Below, in pieces: positions 1 through 7,868 of a stretch of DNA of 28,655 bases. Location: the NCBI GenBank assembly GCA_043804895.1, contig JAZDIN010000006.1:1-28655 (forward strand), given 5' to 3'. Source of the stretch: Candidatus Altiarchaeota archaeon. GTDB lineage: Archaea; Altiarchaeota; Altiarchaeia; IMC4; SCGC-AAA252-I15. How positions within the stretch are numbered: position 1 is the first letter of the stretch; each line of letters starts with the position of its first letter. The notes beneath the pieces are model-generated. The model was not told the DNA's origin. It did no database searches and saw only the letters and a list, made by a program, of their open reading frames with translations. Made by a program: the position numbers and the translations under genes.

Positions 1-954
1 CACGGCACAAACCCAGCCACAGCAGCATACTGCGGATACGAGGTCATCACAATAAAATCCGACGAACGAGGAGACCTAGACTTGGACGACCTCAGAGAAC
101 ACATGAACGATGACGTAGCAGGACTCATGCTCACAAACCCGAACACACTCGGCCTGTTCGACAAGAACATATGCAGGATAACCGAGATAGTCCACGGGAA
201 AGGCGGCCTCGTCTACTACGACGGAGCTAACATGAACGCAATAATGGGGAAGGCGAGACCAGGCGACATGGGATACGACATAATACACATAAACCTCCAC
301 AAGACATTCGCAACACCACACGGCGGAGGGGGACCAGGCTCAGGACCAGTGGGAGTAGTCAAGGAGCTGGAACCATACCTGCCCGTGCCGAAGATCGTTG
401 AAAAGAAAGGCACATACAGCCTCGACTACAACAAGCCAAAGTCAATAGGGAAGGTGAAGGCATTCTACGGCAACTTCAACGTCATGGTAAAAGCTTACAC
501 ATACATCAAGGCCCTGGGCGCCGAAGGCCTCAGGGACGCCTCAGAGCAGGCAGTGTTGAACGCCAACTATCTGATGAAAAAACTGAAAGACTACTACGAC
601 CTACCTTACGAGCGAACGTGCATGTACGAGTTCGTCCTATCCGGGAGAAGACAGGCCCACAAGAACGGAGTACACACGCTCGACATTGCCAAGAGGCTAC
701 TCGACTATGGATTCCACGCGCCAACCATATACTTCCCCCTCATAGTCGAAGAGGCCATAATGATAGAGCCGACCGAGACCGAGAACAAGGCCACCTTGGA
801 CGAGTTCGCAGAGACTATGATAAAGATAGCCAAGGAATGTGAAGATGCCCCTGAAACAGTCAAAAAGGCCCCCCAGAACACCCCCGTGAAGAGGCTCGAC
901 AACACCCTAGCCGCAAGACAACCAATCTTACAGTGGAACCAGAAAAGACAGTAG
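1..954 (+). CDS. gcvPB: Glycine dehydrogenase (decarboxylating) subunit 2, glycine cleavage P protein beta (5'-truncated by window edge)
   Basis: Frame is open from base 1 (HGTNPATA...). Motifs [20 protein letters not shown]-lysine motif [34 protein letters not shown] and MIEPTETE. Confidence 0.97.
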   Translation, partial: HGTNPATAAYCGYEVITIKSDERGDLDLDDLREHMNDDVAGLMLTNPNTLGLFDKNICRITEIVHGKGGLVYYDGANMNAIMGKARPGDMGYDIIHINLHKTFATPHGGGGPGSGPVGVVKELEPYLPVPKIVEKKGTYSLDYNKPKSIGKVKAFYGNFNVMVKAYTYIKALGAEGLRDASEQAVLNANYLMKKLKDYYDLPYERTCMYEFVLSGRRQAHKNGVHTLDIAKRLLDYGFHAPTIYFPLIVEEAIMIEPTETENKATLDEFAETMIKIAKECEDAPETVKKAPQNTPVKRLDNTLAARQPILQWNQKRQ

Positions 955-988
955 AGTGCTTTTATCCTCGTACTGCGGAGATTCTAAT

Positions 989-1879
989 ATGAGTGAGCAG
1001 AAGGAACCCGGTGAGGGAAAGAAGGAACAACCGCTCATCGTAGAGCAGCTGTCCCTGTTTGAGGGAGTTCAAACAAAACGCTTCTCTAAGGAGGATGCTA
1101 AAAAGGCGATTCATGACCTTGATAAACCAGAGTTCTTAGTAGGGAAATTGAGTTATGGTGAAAGGTTAACGCGTCTTCTCAAAAATGCTGGTGAGGAGAA
1201 TATAGATGAGGTCCTCAAGCACATTGAGAAGTCATCCAAAAAAGACTTAACGCTGGCGATAGTACTCCAAACACTAGACTATGCGGCATTGCGAGGGCAC
1301 CTGGAGGGAACCCTTGAGGCATTGGCTGAAGGAAGTGAGTCAGGCGGCGAACAAAATCTCCGCCTGAGGGATATGAAAGGGCTGATAGAGCATGGAATCG
1401 TCTATGATAAGGAAACAAGAACGTGGGGGGAGAGAGAGCTGATATTCCAAAAACGCTACCTTAAGGGGGAGACAGGACTCGACGAGGAGGAGAAAGTAAA
1501 AGACAAAGCAGTAAATATCACCCCACTACTATTTGTTGAAGAGCCGTACAAGACATGGTTAGCTAGGAACAAGAAACAGCTGATATCCGGCTCAGGCTAC
1601 CCCCCATACCTGGAGGACGAAGACTTGTCTAAAAAGGATGACACACGGAACGCAAAGGATACTGTTGATGGGATGGAAGGTCGTAAGGATTTAGTGATTG
1701 AAGAACTCCGTGGAATGGGAGTAAATACCGTAAGGATTACGGGAGGGGAGATAGACATAGGAGATGGTAGGGTAAAACTAAGCCAGCTTCAGGCGATGTA
1801 TATCACCAGTGCTGAGAGGGCTATAGTGAAGGAGAGGGCAGATTACCGCAAGCATAAGCGCATGTTAGACATGATATAA
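989..1879 (+). CDS. Hypothetical protein (charged, soluble)
   Basis: Long ORF filling the gcvPB-lipA gap. ATG 989 lies ~24 nt after TTTTAT (960-965) and is preferred over GTG 956. No family recognised. Confidence 0.75.
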   Translation: MSEQKEPGEGKKEQPLIVEQLSLFEGVQTKRFSKEDAKKAIHDLDKPEFLVGKLSYGERLTRLLKNAGEENIDEVLKHIEKSSKKDLTLAIVLQTLDYAALRGHLEGTLEALAEGSESGGEQNLRLRDMKGLIEHGIVYDKETRTWGERELIFQKRYLKGETGLDEEEKVKDKAVNITPLLFVEEPYKTWLARNKKQLISGSGYPPYLEDEDLSKKDDTRNAKDTVDGMEGRKDLVIEELRGMGVNTVRITGGEIDIGDGRVKLSQLQAMYITSAERAIVKERADYRKHKRMLDMI

Positions 1880-1903
1880 GCATGCCCTTCTATATCCTGT
1901 TCA

Positions 1904-2740
1904 ATGTTCCCTCGCAAACCAGACTGGCTTAAGGCTTCCTTAGGAGGGGAGGGTGAGTTCTCGCATGTTAAAAACACTCTCAGATTCCACGGCCTCCACA
2001 CCGTCTGTGAGGAGGCTAAATGCCCGAATAAAGGCGTGTGTTGGGGTGAGGGTACTGCGACGTTCATGATACTCGGCGACACCTGCACCAGGAATTGTTC
2101 ATTCTGCGCTGTGAGTTCAGGTGCGCACGGGAAAGCGGTGGACCCTGACGAGCCGATGAATCTTGCCGAGGCGGTTAAAAAACTGAGACTGAGGTATGTA
2201 GTCATCACCTCCGTAGACCGCGACGACCTCCCAGATAAAGGCGCGGGCCACTATGCGGAATGCATCCAGGCTGTGAAAAAGACGGGGGCGAAAGTCGAAG
2301 TGCTGATACCAGACTACACTGGGGAGGAACTCAGGACCGTCGTCGCAGCCGGCCCGGACGTTGTGGCGCACAATATTGAAATTGTGGAAAGGTTGCAGAA
2401 TCTGAGAGATAGGAGGGCGTCGTATGAAAGCAGCCTGGAGACGCTCAGGCAGGCGAAGGAGAGTGACAGTAGAATAAAGACGAAGTCGTCGATAATGCTA
2501 GGCCTCGGCGAGAAGGATGGTGAGATCCTGGCTGCGTTGGACGACCTCAGGAATGTCGACTGCGACATCCTCGTCCTCGGCCAGTATCTGCAGCCCACGA
2601 GGAAACAGACGCCAGTGGTTGAATATATTAAACCTGAGAAGTTCAAGGAGTATGGGAAGGCTGCGAAAGCGAATGGTTTCATAAAGGTGGTGGCGGAGCC
2701 TCTTGCAAGGACAAGCTATAAGGCAGCTGGGATAGGATGA
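1904..2740 (+). CDS. lipA: Lipoyl synthase (radical SAM)
   Basis: KPDWLK, auxiliary cluster motif CEEAKCPNKGVC (CX4CX5C), radical SAM CTRNCSFC, ITSVDRDDL, GQYLQP, C-terminal RTSY. Confidence 0.97.
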   Translation: MFPRKPDWLKASLGGEGEFSHVKNTLRFHGLHTVCEEAKCPNKGVCWGEGTATFMILGDTCTRNCSFCAVSSGAHGKAVDPDEPMNLAEAVKKLRLRYVVITSVDRDDLPDKGAGHYAECIQAVKKTGAKVEVLIPDYTGEELRTVVAAGPDVVAHNIEIVERLQNLRDRRASYESSLETLRQAKESDSRIKTKSSIMLGLGEKDGEILAALDDLRNVDCDILVLGQYLQPTRKQTPVVEYIKPEKFKEYGKAAKANGFIKVVAEPLARTSYKAAGIG

Positions 2741-3348
2741 AATTGAAGGCCATACTGTTCGACATGGATGGGACGATAGTGGATTCGATTCCAGCATGGC
2801 ATAGGACGTTCAACCAGGTGAGGGGACACACCGGCCAGCCGGGGATAACATATGATGAGTTCTGCAATGGCGTCTTAGGCGAGTCGACTTCTGAGGATGT
2901 GAGAAGGTTCTTCCCGATGCTTAGTGAGGACGAACTGGTGAGGCTCTATGACAGGTTCTTCCCGCAGAATATGGAGGGCGTACGCCTTTTCCCAGACAGC
3001 CTGAGGATACTTGATTATCTTGAATCAAAAGGCATCCTTAAAGGCATCGTCACAAACACACCAAGAAATCTTATGGACCTGACGTTGAAGACTGTTGGGC
3101 TGGAAGACCGCTTCGACGTAGCTTTGGGGGGGGACGACGTTTCAGTAGGGAAGCCTGACCCTGAGATTGTCAGAAAAGCCTGCCAAATGTTAGGATTGGG
3201 GACTGATGAGACGCTGATGGTCGGCGACACAGAGGCTGACATGGGGGCAGGCCGTAACGCAGGATGCAAGACCGTTGGCATAAAAATGAGAGGAGACTGG
3301 AGGGTAGAATCACTCGGCGAACTCACTGAACTTTTAAGTAGACTATAG
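2737..3348 (+). CDS. HAD-superfamily hydrolase (phosphoglycolate phosphatase/PpaX-like)
   Basis: Motif I FDMDGTIVDS, motif II VTN, KPDP, motif IV VGDTEAD. ATGA overlap with the lipA stop. Confidence 0.92.
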   Translation: MKLKAILFDMDGTIVDSIPAWHRTFNQVRGHTGQPGITYDEFCNGVLGESTSEDVRRFFPMLSEDELVRLYDRFFPQNMEGVRLFPDSLRILDYLESKGILKGIVTNTPRNLMDLTLKTVGLEDRFDVALGGDDVSVGKPDPEIVRKACQMLGLGTDETLMVGDTEADMGAGRNAGCKTVGIKMRGDWRVESLGELTELLSRL

Positions 3349-3376
3349 TTTTATATCCCGATGAAGAATTGATATC

Positions 3377-3874
3377 ATGCGTGGGATGGTTTTGTTTGCA
3401 CTGGTTGCTGTCGTGCTATTCGCAGGCTGCGAGGTAAAACAGCAGCCTGTGAAGCCGGTGGCTTGTACGACGGAGGCTAAGGTTTGCCCGGACGGGAGCA
3501 CAGTTGGCAGGGTTGGGCCGGACTGTGAGTTCCAACGATGCCCTCCCCAGGCTATGCGGAACCTTGTTGTTTCAACTGAGAAGCCACTCTACCACAGTAA
3601 CGAGAAGATGTGGTTCAATATGACGGTGGAATCGGAAACTGGGGGGTTAGCAGAGATTTGGGTTCACGGCATAATGGCGAGGAATGTGGAGAGGCTCAGG
3701 ATAAGGGAGAATTACACGCTAGAGGCAGGCCTTAACCATATCAAGGTCAGGTATACTATGCCGTCCTGCACAGGCTGCGCAGGGATTGATCCAGGCAACT
3801 ACACCGTCACCGCAGAGTTGACGATGGCAGACAAGACGCTGATAGGGAACACGACGGTTGGGGTACAGCAGTAG
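3377..3874 (+). CDS. Secreted lipoprotein with small Cys-rich module and Ig-like domain
   Basis: Signal peptide with lipobox LFAGC, then ACTTEAKVCPDGSTVGRVGPDCEFQRCP, then a beta-rich domain with CTGC. TATA-like TTTTATAT at 3349-3356. Confidence 0.85.
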   Translation: MRGMVLFALVAVVLFAGCEVKQQPVKPVACTTEAKVCPDGSTVGRVGPDCEFQRCPPQAMRNLVVSTEKPLYHSNEKMWFNMTVESETGGLAEIWVHGIMARNVERLRIRENYTLEAGLNHIKVRYTMPSCTGCAGIDPGNYTVTAELTMADKTLIGNTTVGVQQ

Positions 3875-3875
3875 C

Positions 3876-4082
3876 TTATTGGAATCTTATTTTCACAATA
3901 GCTTGGAGGTATGCGAGTGCCACCACTACCCAGCCGATTATCTGATACGGCCATTTAGTGTAGAAGACGACCATGAATCCTACGAAGAATAGGCCTAGTC
4001 CGAGCGGAGTGCAAAGCGGACACCCTTGGACTGCGCACACCTTAGGCGTCTTGATTACCGTGGGTTTACTCTTCTGAGGCAC
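3876..4082 (-). CDS. Small membrane protein (2 TM) with CxxxxCPLC motif
   Basis: CAVQGCPLC followed by two hydrophobic segments. Start is GTG 4082 (after GGTGA) or TTG 4112. Confidence 0.65.
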   Translation of the reverse strand: MPQKSKPTVIKTPKVCAVQGCPLCTPLGLGLFFVGFMVVFYTKWPYQIIGWVVVALAYLQAIVKIRFQ

Positions 4083-4203
4083 TTTCACCGTCGTCGGAGC
4101 TGTCGCCGTCAAGGCCTCCAGTTATTTTCTCAACACCCTTCGCCGTTATTGCGACCGCCGTTATGCCGGCGACCACATCCCAGGGACCGCCCGAAAAGCC
4201 CAT
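4066..4203 (-). CDS. Small 45-aa protein (hydrophobic N-half, acidic tail), below ORF-track cutoff
   Basis: Read manually: MGFSGGPWDVVAGITAVAITAKGVEKITGGLDGDSSDDGESASEE*. Minus-strand TTTAATA (4233-4227) lies ~24 nt upstream of the ATG. Confidence 0.5.
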   Translation of the reverse strand: MGFSGGPWDVVAGITAVAITAKGVEKITGGLDGDSSDDGESASEE

Positions 4204-4242
4204 ATATAAGTATCATGTGGCGTAAGTATTAAAGGCGATTTT

Positions 4243-4509
4243 ATGATGGGTAAGTTTGTCATGAAGGTTCCGGGTGGTAAGCTCCTGAAGGTCGCTGTCC
4301 AACATGACAGCGAGAAGATAGTGAAGATAAAGTTGTGCGGGGACTTTTTCATGCACCCTGAGGATGCGCTTGAGAGTTTGGAGGGTAAGCTTATTGGCGC
4401 CAGGTTAAGCCAGGTGAGGGGGATAGTAGCTGACGAACTGGCTGACGTTAGGCTCTACGGCGTTGATGTGAATTCCATCGTGAAAGCCATATGGGGGGCA
4501 GTGGGATGA
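4243..4509 (+). CDS. lplB: Lipoate-protein ligase accessory subunit (stand-alone LplA C-terminal domain, LplB)
   Basis: KVPGGKLLKV...IKLCGDFFMHPEDALESLEGKLIG motif. ATGA overlap with the catalytic subunit. Confidence 0.88.
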   Translation: MMGKFVMKVPGGKLLKVAVQHDSEKIVKIKLCGDFFMHPEDALESLEGKLIGARLSQVRGIVADELADVRLYGVDVNSIVKAIWGAVG

Positions 4510-5258
4510 GATGCAGGTTCATCGACACAGGAGAGCACACGGCATACTGGAACATGGGGTTGGACGAGGGTATCATGCAGCACATAAGTGAGGGTAGGAG
4601 TCCGACAACACTAAGGTTCTACAGGTGGAGGCCGGCTGCCGTGTCTGTCGGGTATTTCCAAAGCCTCCGCGAGGAGGTCGACGTTGACGCGTGCTACCTA
4701 AACAAAGTCGATGTCGTTAGGAGGGTTACAGGAGGCGGGGCAGTCTACCATGATAAGGAGCTGACATACAGTTTCATCGCAAGGGAGGATGCAGTCCCTG
4801 ACGACATATTGGAATCGTACAGGATGGTGTGCTCCGGCCTGATTGAGGGTTTCATGTTGCTTGGCATAAAGGCCGAGTTCGTGCCGTTGAACGACATAGT
4901 CGTGGGCGGCAAAAAAGTCAGCGGGAACGCGCAGACGAGGCGGATGGGGTGCGTGCTACAGCATGGGACCGTCCTATTGGACGTTGATGTGGACAGGATG
5001 TTCTCACTCCTTAGGGTGCCGAGCGAGAAGTTGAGGGGGAAGCTGATAGCGGACGTAAAGGAGAGGGTAACGTCAGTCAAAGGTGTTTTAAGGAAGGATG
5101 TTTCGTACGATATTGCGGCTGAAGCCTTCAAGAAGGGGTTCACGAAGGCGTTGAAGCTTAAGTTGGTGGACGGTGCCCCGAGTGAAAGCGAGATTGGGCT
5201 CGCCCACGAACTTGACTGCTGCAAGTATTCTACAATGGAGTGGAACGACAAAAGATGA
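4506..5258 (+). CDS. lplA: Lipoate-protein ligase A catalytic subunit
   Basis: NMGLDE, LRFYRW, SVGYFQ, VRRVTGGGAVYHD, NDIVVGGKKVSGNAQ, LQHGT. Start ATG 4506 overlaps the lplB stop. Confidence 0.93.
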   Translation: MRCRFIDTGEHTAYWNMGLDEGIMQHISEGRSPTTLRFYRWRPAAVSVGYFQSLREEVDVDACYLNKVDVVRRVTGGGAVYHDKELTYSFIAREDAVPDDILESYRMVCSGLIEGFMLLGIKAEFVPLNDIVVGGKKVSGNAQTRRMGCVLQHGTVLLDVDVDRMFSLLRVPSEKLRGKLIADVKERVTSVKGVLRKDVSYDIAAEAFKKGFTKALKLKLVDGAPSESEIGLAHELDCCKYSTMEWNDKR

Positions 5259-6577
5259 GACATGACGCCGTCGTGATTGGGGGAGGGCCTGGCGGCTACG
5301 AGTGTGCACTTTGGATGTCGAAGCTCGGCGGAAGCGCAATCGTCGTCGAGAGGGGAGAACTCGGAGGCGTCTGCACGAATAGGGGGTGCATCCCGACGAA
5401 AGCGTTGGTTGCAAGCTGCGAAGCCTATGAGACTGTCAGGCGTGCCCAAGAATTCGGAATTTCGGTTCAATCATCTGGCGTAGATTCCGAAACTGTTTTC
5501 AAACGTAGGGACAGAATCGCGTTGACCATGCGCAAGGGTGTTGAGAAGCTCCTGTCCGACGCGAAAGTCGAGGTCGTCAAAGGAGAGGCTAAGATCAAGT
5601 CCAGCACTGAGGTTGAAGTTGCTGGGAGGGTCATACAGGCTAAGAACATCGTGGTAGCCACCGGGTCTGAGCCTCTTGGGCTGCCTGGCATAGGATTAGA
5701 CCACGAGTATGTGATTTCAGGTGATGATGCGGCGACATCGTCAAAGCTTCCGAAGAACATTGTAGTCATAGGAGGCGGGTTCATAGGGTGCGAGTACGCT
5801 TCATTATATAGTAAATTAGGCAGCAATGTCACGTTAGTCGAGGCTTTACCCAGGATACTCCCAACTGAGGATGAGGATGTCTCGGATACCCTACACAAGA
5901 TTCTTTCCAAGGAGATGAGGGTATTAACAGGAGTGAAAGTAGAGTCGGTTGACATGGAGGGGAAGAGTGTTAAAGTCGCAGGCGAGGACATACCAGCAGA
6001 CCTTGTACTCCTTGCCGTGGGTAGGATGCCTATTATCCCAGAAGGGGCGAATGGCATTGGAGTGGTTCACAATAAAGATGGTATAACAGTAGATTCTAGG
6101 ATGAGGACGAACGTTAGGAGCGTTTACGCCATAGGCGATGTTACATCCAATCTGAAGCTCGCCCACACAGCCTACGCAGGCGCTGAAGCCGCGGCTAAGA
6201 ATATCATGGGCCAGGATTTTGAGGTTGACTTTTCTGTCGTGCCGTGGTGCGTGTTCACAACGCCCGAGGTAGCCAGGGTTGGTGTGACTGAAAAACAGGC
6301 AGGAGATAAGGCGAAGATAGGGATTGCAGACTACATGGCCAACGGCAAAGCCAGGTGCATGGGGGAGCGCAGTGGATTCTGCAAGGTCATAGCAGATTCC
6401 AAAACCGACGCTATAATCGGAGTGCACATCCTCGGAGCCCACGCATCAAGCCTCATAGGAGAGGCCGCACTGGCTGTGAAGGAGAGACTCACCACAGAAC
6501 AGGTAGCTCAGACTATACACCCCCACCCAACATTGAATGAGCTCATCAAAGAAGCCTGCGAGAAGGCAGCGGAGTAG
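5255..6577 (+). CDS. lpdA: Dihydrolipoyl dehydrogenase (L protein/E3)
   Basis: GGGPGG FAD motif, redox disulfide GGVCTNRGCIPTK, GGGFIGCE NAD motif, AIGD, HPHPTLNE. ATGA overlap with lplA. Confidence 0.95.
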   Translation: MRHDAVVIGGGPGGYECALWMSKLGGSAIVVERGELGGVCTNRGCIPTKALVASCEAYETVRRAQEFGISVQSSGVDSETVFKRRDRIALTMRKGVEKLLSDAKVEVVKGEAKIKSSTEVEVAGRVIQAKNIVVATGSEPLGLPGIGLDHEYVISGDDAATSSKLPKNIVVIGGGFIGCEYASLYSKLGSNVTLVEALPRILPTEDEDVSDTLHKILSKEMRVLTGVKVESVDMEGKSVKVAGEDIPADLVLLAVGRMPIIPEGANGIGVVHNKDGITVDSRMRTNVRSVYAIGDVTSNLKLAHTAYAGAEAAAKNIMGQDFEVDFSVVPWCVFTTPEVARVGVTEKQAGDKAKIGIADYMANGKARCMGERSGFCKVIADSKTDAIIGVHILGAHASSLIGEAALAVKERLTTEQVAQTIHPHPTLNELIKEACEKAAE

Positions 6578-6579
6578 AC

Positions 6580-7110
6580 TTATTTTTCGACGTTGCCCCA
6601 GAGTCTCCCAGAGCTTTGATAGGTGTTAGCCCCGGTTCTCGTGTCATTGTATGTGAGGACAATATGAGCCTCGAATCTTTTGCCAGATTCACCCATCCAG
6701 TTGCTGTTCGTAATCTCCAGCACCGCTGACTCGCCCGGGACTATAACGCACTCGCTACCAGGCGCTGACGGACCACATACCGGTGTGCTTCGGACTGTCA
6801 GGCAGTATGTTAAATACGGGTCGCATTCGGATGATTCCTTCTCTACCCTGACTGAAGCCTTCAAGAGGGTTACATTGGCTCCGACAGTGTTAAGGAGACT
6901 AACTTGTAATCGCCCGTTCTCGTTGAGTATGAACTCATTACCCTGGACCGTGAGACCCCAGAAGCCGAAGTTTCCTGGCTCGACTCGCTCCCCCAGGTTG
7001 AAGAGGCCCCACTGCCACATGACCACCATTATGACGAGTATAACCAAGAGCACCCACCCGTAGGTCATGAGGAACTCTAGCGAACCCTGCCCACGCTTAG
7101 AGGTTGCCAT
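6580..7110 (-). CDS. Archaeal type IV pilin-like protein (class III signal peptide)
   Basis: N-terminus KRG|QGSLEFLMTYGW plus hydrophobic helix (Q+1, E+5). Beta-rich C-domain with 4 Cys and N-glycosylation sequons. Confidence 0.88.
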   Translation of the reverse strand: MATSKRGQGSLEFLMTYGWVLLVILVIMVVMWQWGLFNLGERVEPGNFGFWGLTVQGNEFILNENGRLQVSLLNTVGANVTLLKASVRVEKESSECDPYLTYCLTVRSTPVCGPSAPGSECVIVPGESAVLEITNSNWMGESGKRFEAHIVLTYNDTRTGANTYQSSGRLWGNVEK

Positions 7111-7112
7111 TG

Positions 7113-7263
7113 TTATAGATTAGCCGGCTCAGAATATATAGCGAATGACATAAGTTGTTGAACTTTGGCTTGTTGGAAATCAGCCGAATTTATATGTCAT
7201 TCGATATATTCGATAGCAAATGTACATTGTCAAAAGTTCAGATACATTTGCTATCGTCTATAA
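7113..7263. ncRNA. Candidate structured RNA or cis-element: two long hairpins joined by a loop-loop pseudoknot
   Basis: Perfect inverted repeats 7142-7152/7193-7203 (11 bp) and 7211-7224/7243-7256 (14 bp). Cross-pairing 7159-7166/7233-7240 (8 bp). Outer pair 7113-7119/7257-7263. G.U pairs favour the + strand. Whether it is transcribed is unknown. Confidence 0.5.
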
Positions 7264-7273
7264 GAGTTGGCGT

Positions 7274-7849
7274 TTATTCGCCCAACCTTTCAGTGACGAT
7301 ATCTTTCAGTTGCCTGAACTCCTCTTCCTCTGGGTTTTGTTCTATTGCCTTCAGGCATGCTTCAAGGCTATCCTCGAAGCGCTCCTGGAAGAGGAGTATC
7401 CTTGACTTCCAGAACCACCCCCACCCTGACTTCTCACCCAGGCTTATAGACTTCTCGTATGAGTGTAAGGCGTCTTCAACCCTCCCTAACTCATCTTCCA
7501 TGAGGGCCTTACTAAGCCAGAAGTCTGGGTTGTGCATTTTCAGTTTGACAGCCTTTATGTAACATAAGAGGGCTTCCTTGTACATACTCTGCACCTGCAG
7601 AAGCTCCCCTTTCCTGAAATAAGCCCAAGCTGACTTAGGGTTCAGTTCGAGAGCGCGCTCAAAACAAGAAGCAGCCTCATCGTACCTGCCAAGGCGCGTC
7701 AGCGACCAGCCCAGGAGGACGTGTACCATGGGATCGTCTGGGTAACGTTGCTCATAATCTGAGATTAGCTTAAGCATAGCGTCTTCGCTTCCGGTTAGCT
7801 TGCTCATCGCCAGAAGACGGCTCATCAGCTCGTCAGAGGGTCCGGCCAT
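7274..7849 (-). CDS. Tetratricopeptide repeat protein
   Basis: Repeated TPR units, e.g. LGRYDEAASCFERALELNPKSAWAYFRKG, LGRVEDALHSYEKSISL, ERFEDSLEACLKAIEQNPE. Confidence 0.92.
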   Translation of the reverse strand: MAGPSDELMSRLLAMSKLTGSEDAMLKLISDYEQRYPDDPMVHVLLGWSLTRLGRYDEAASCFERALELNPKSAWAYFRKGELLQVQSMYKEALLCYIKAVKLKMHNPDFWLSKALMEDELGRVEDALHSYEKSISLGEKSGWGWFWKSRILLFQERFEDSLEACLKAIEQNPEEEEFRQLKDIVTERLGE

Positions 7850-7868
7850 AGTATAATAGATTACCCTG

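Noticed and set aside
4745-5470. 241-aa minus-strand ORF and the many other antisense or alternative-frame ORFs in the track
   Set aside because: They lie over well-supported genes (lplA/lpdA etc.), show no motifs, and look like antisense shadows.
7113-7263. Known RNA or recombination classes for the structured element (hammerhead, C/D box sRNA, fluoride/TPP riboswitch, tRNA, attC, dif)
   Set aside because: No CUGAnGA core, no RUGAUGA C box, no cloverleaf, no RYYYAAC/GTTRRRY pair, and arm spacing is unlike the 11-6-11 dif layout.
7155-7562. 135-aa plus-strand ORF starting in the structured region
   Set aside because: TTG start, mostly antisense to the TPR gene, no recognisable features.
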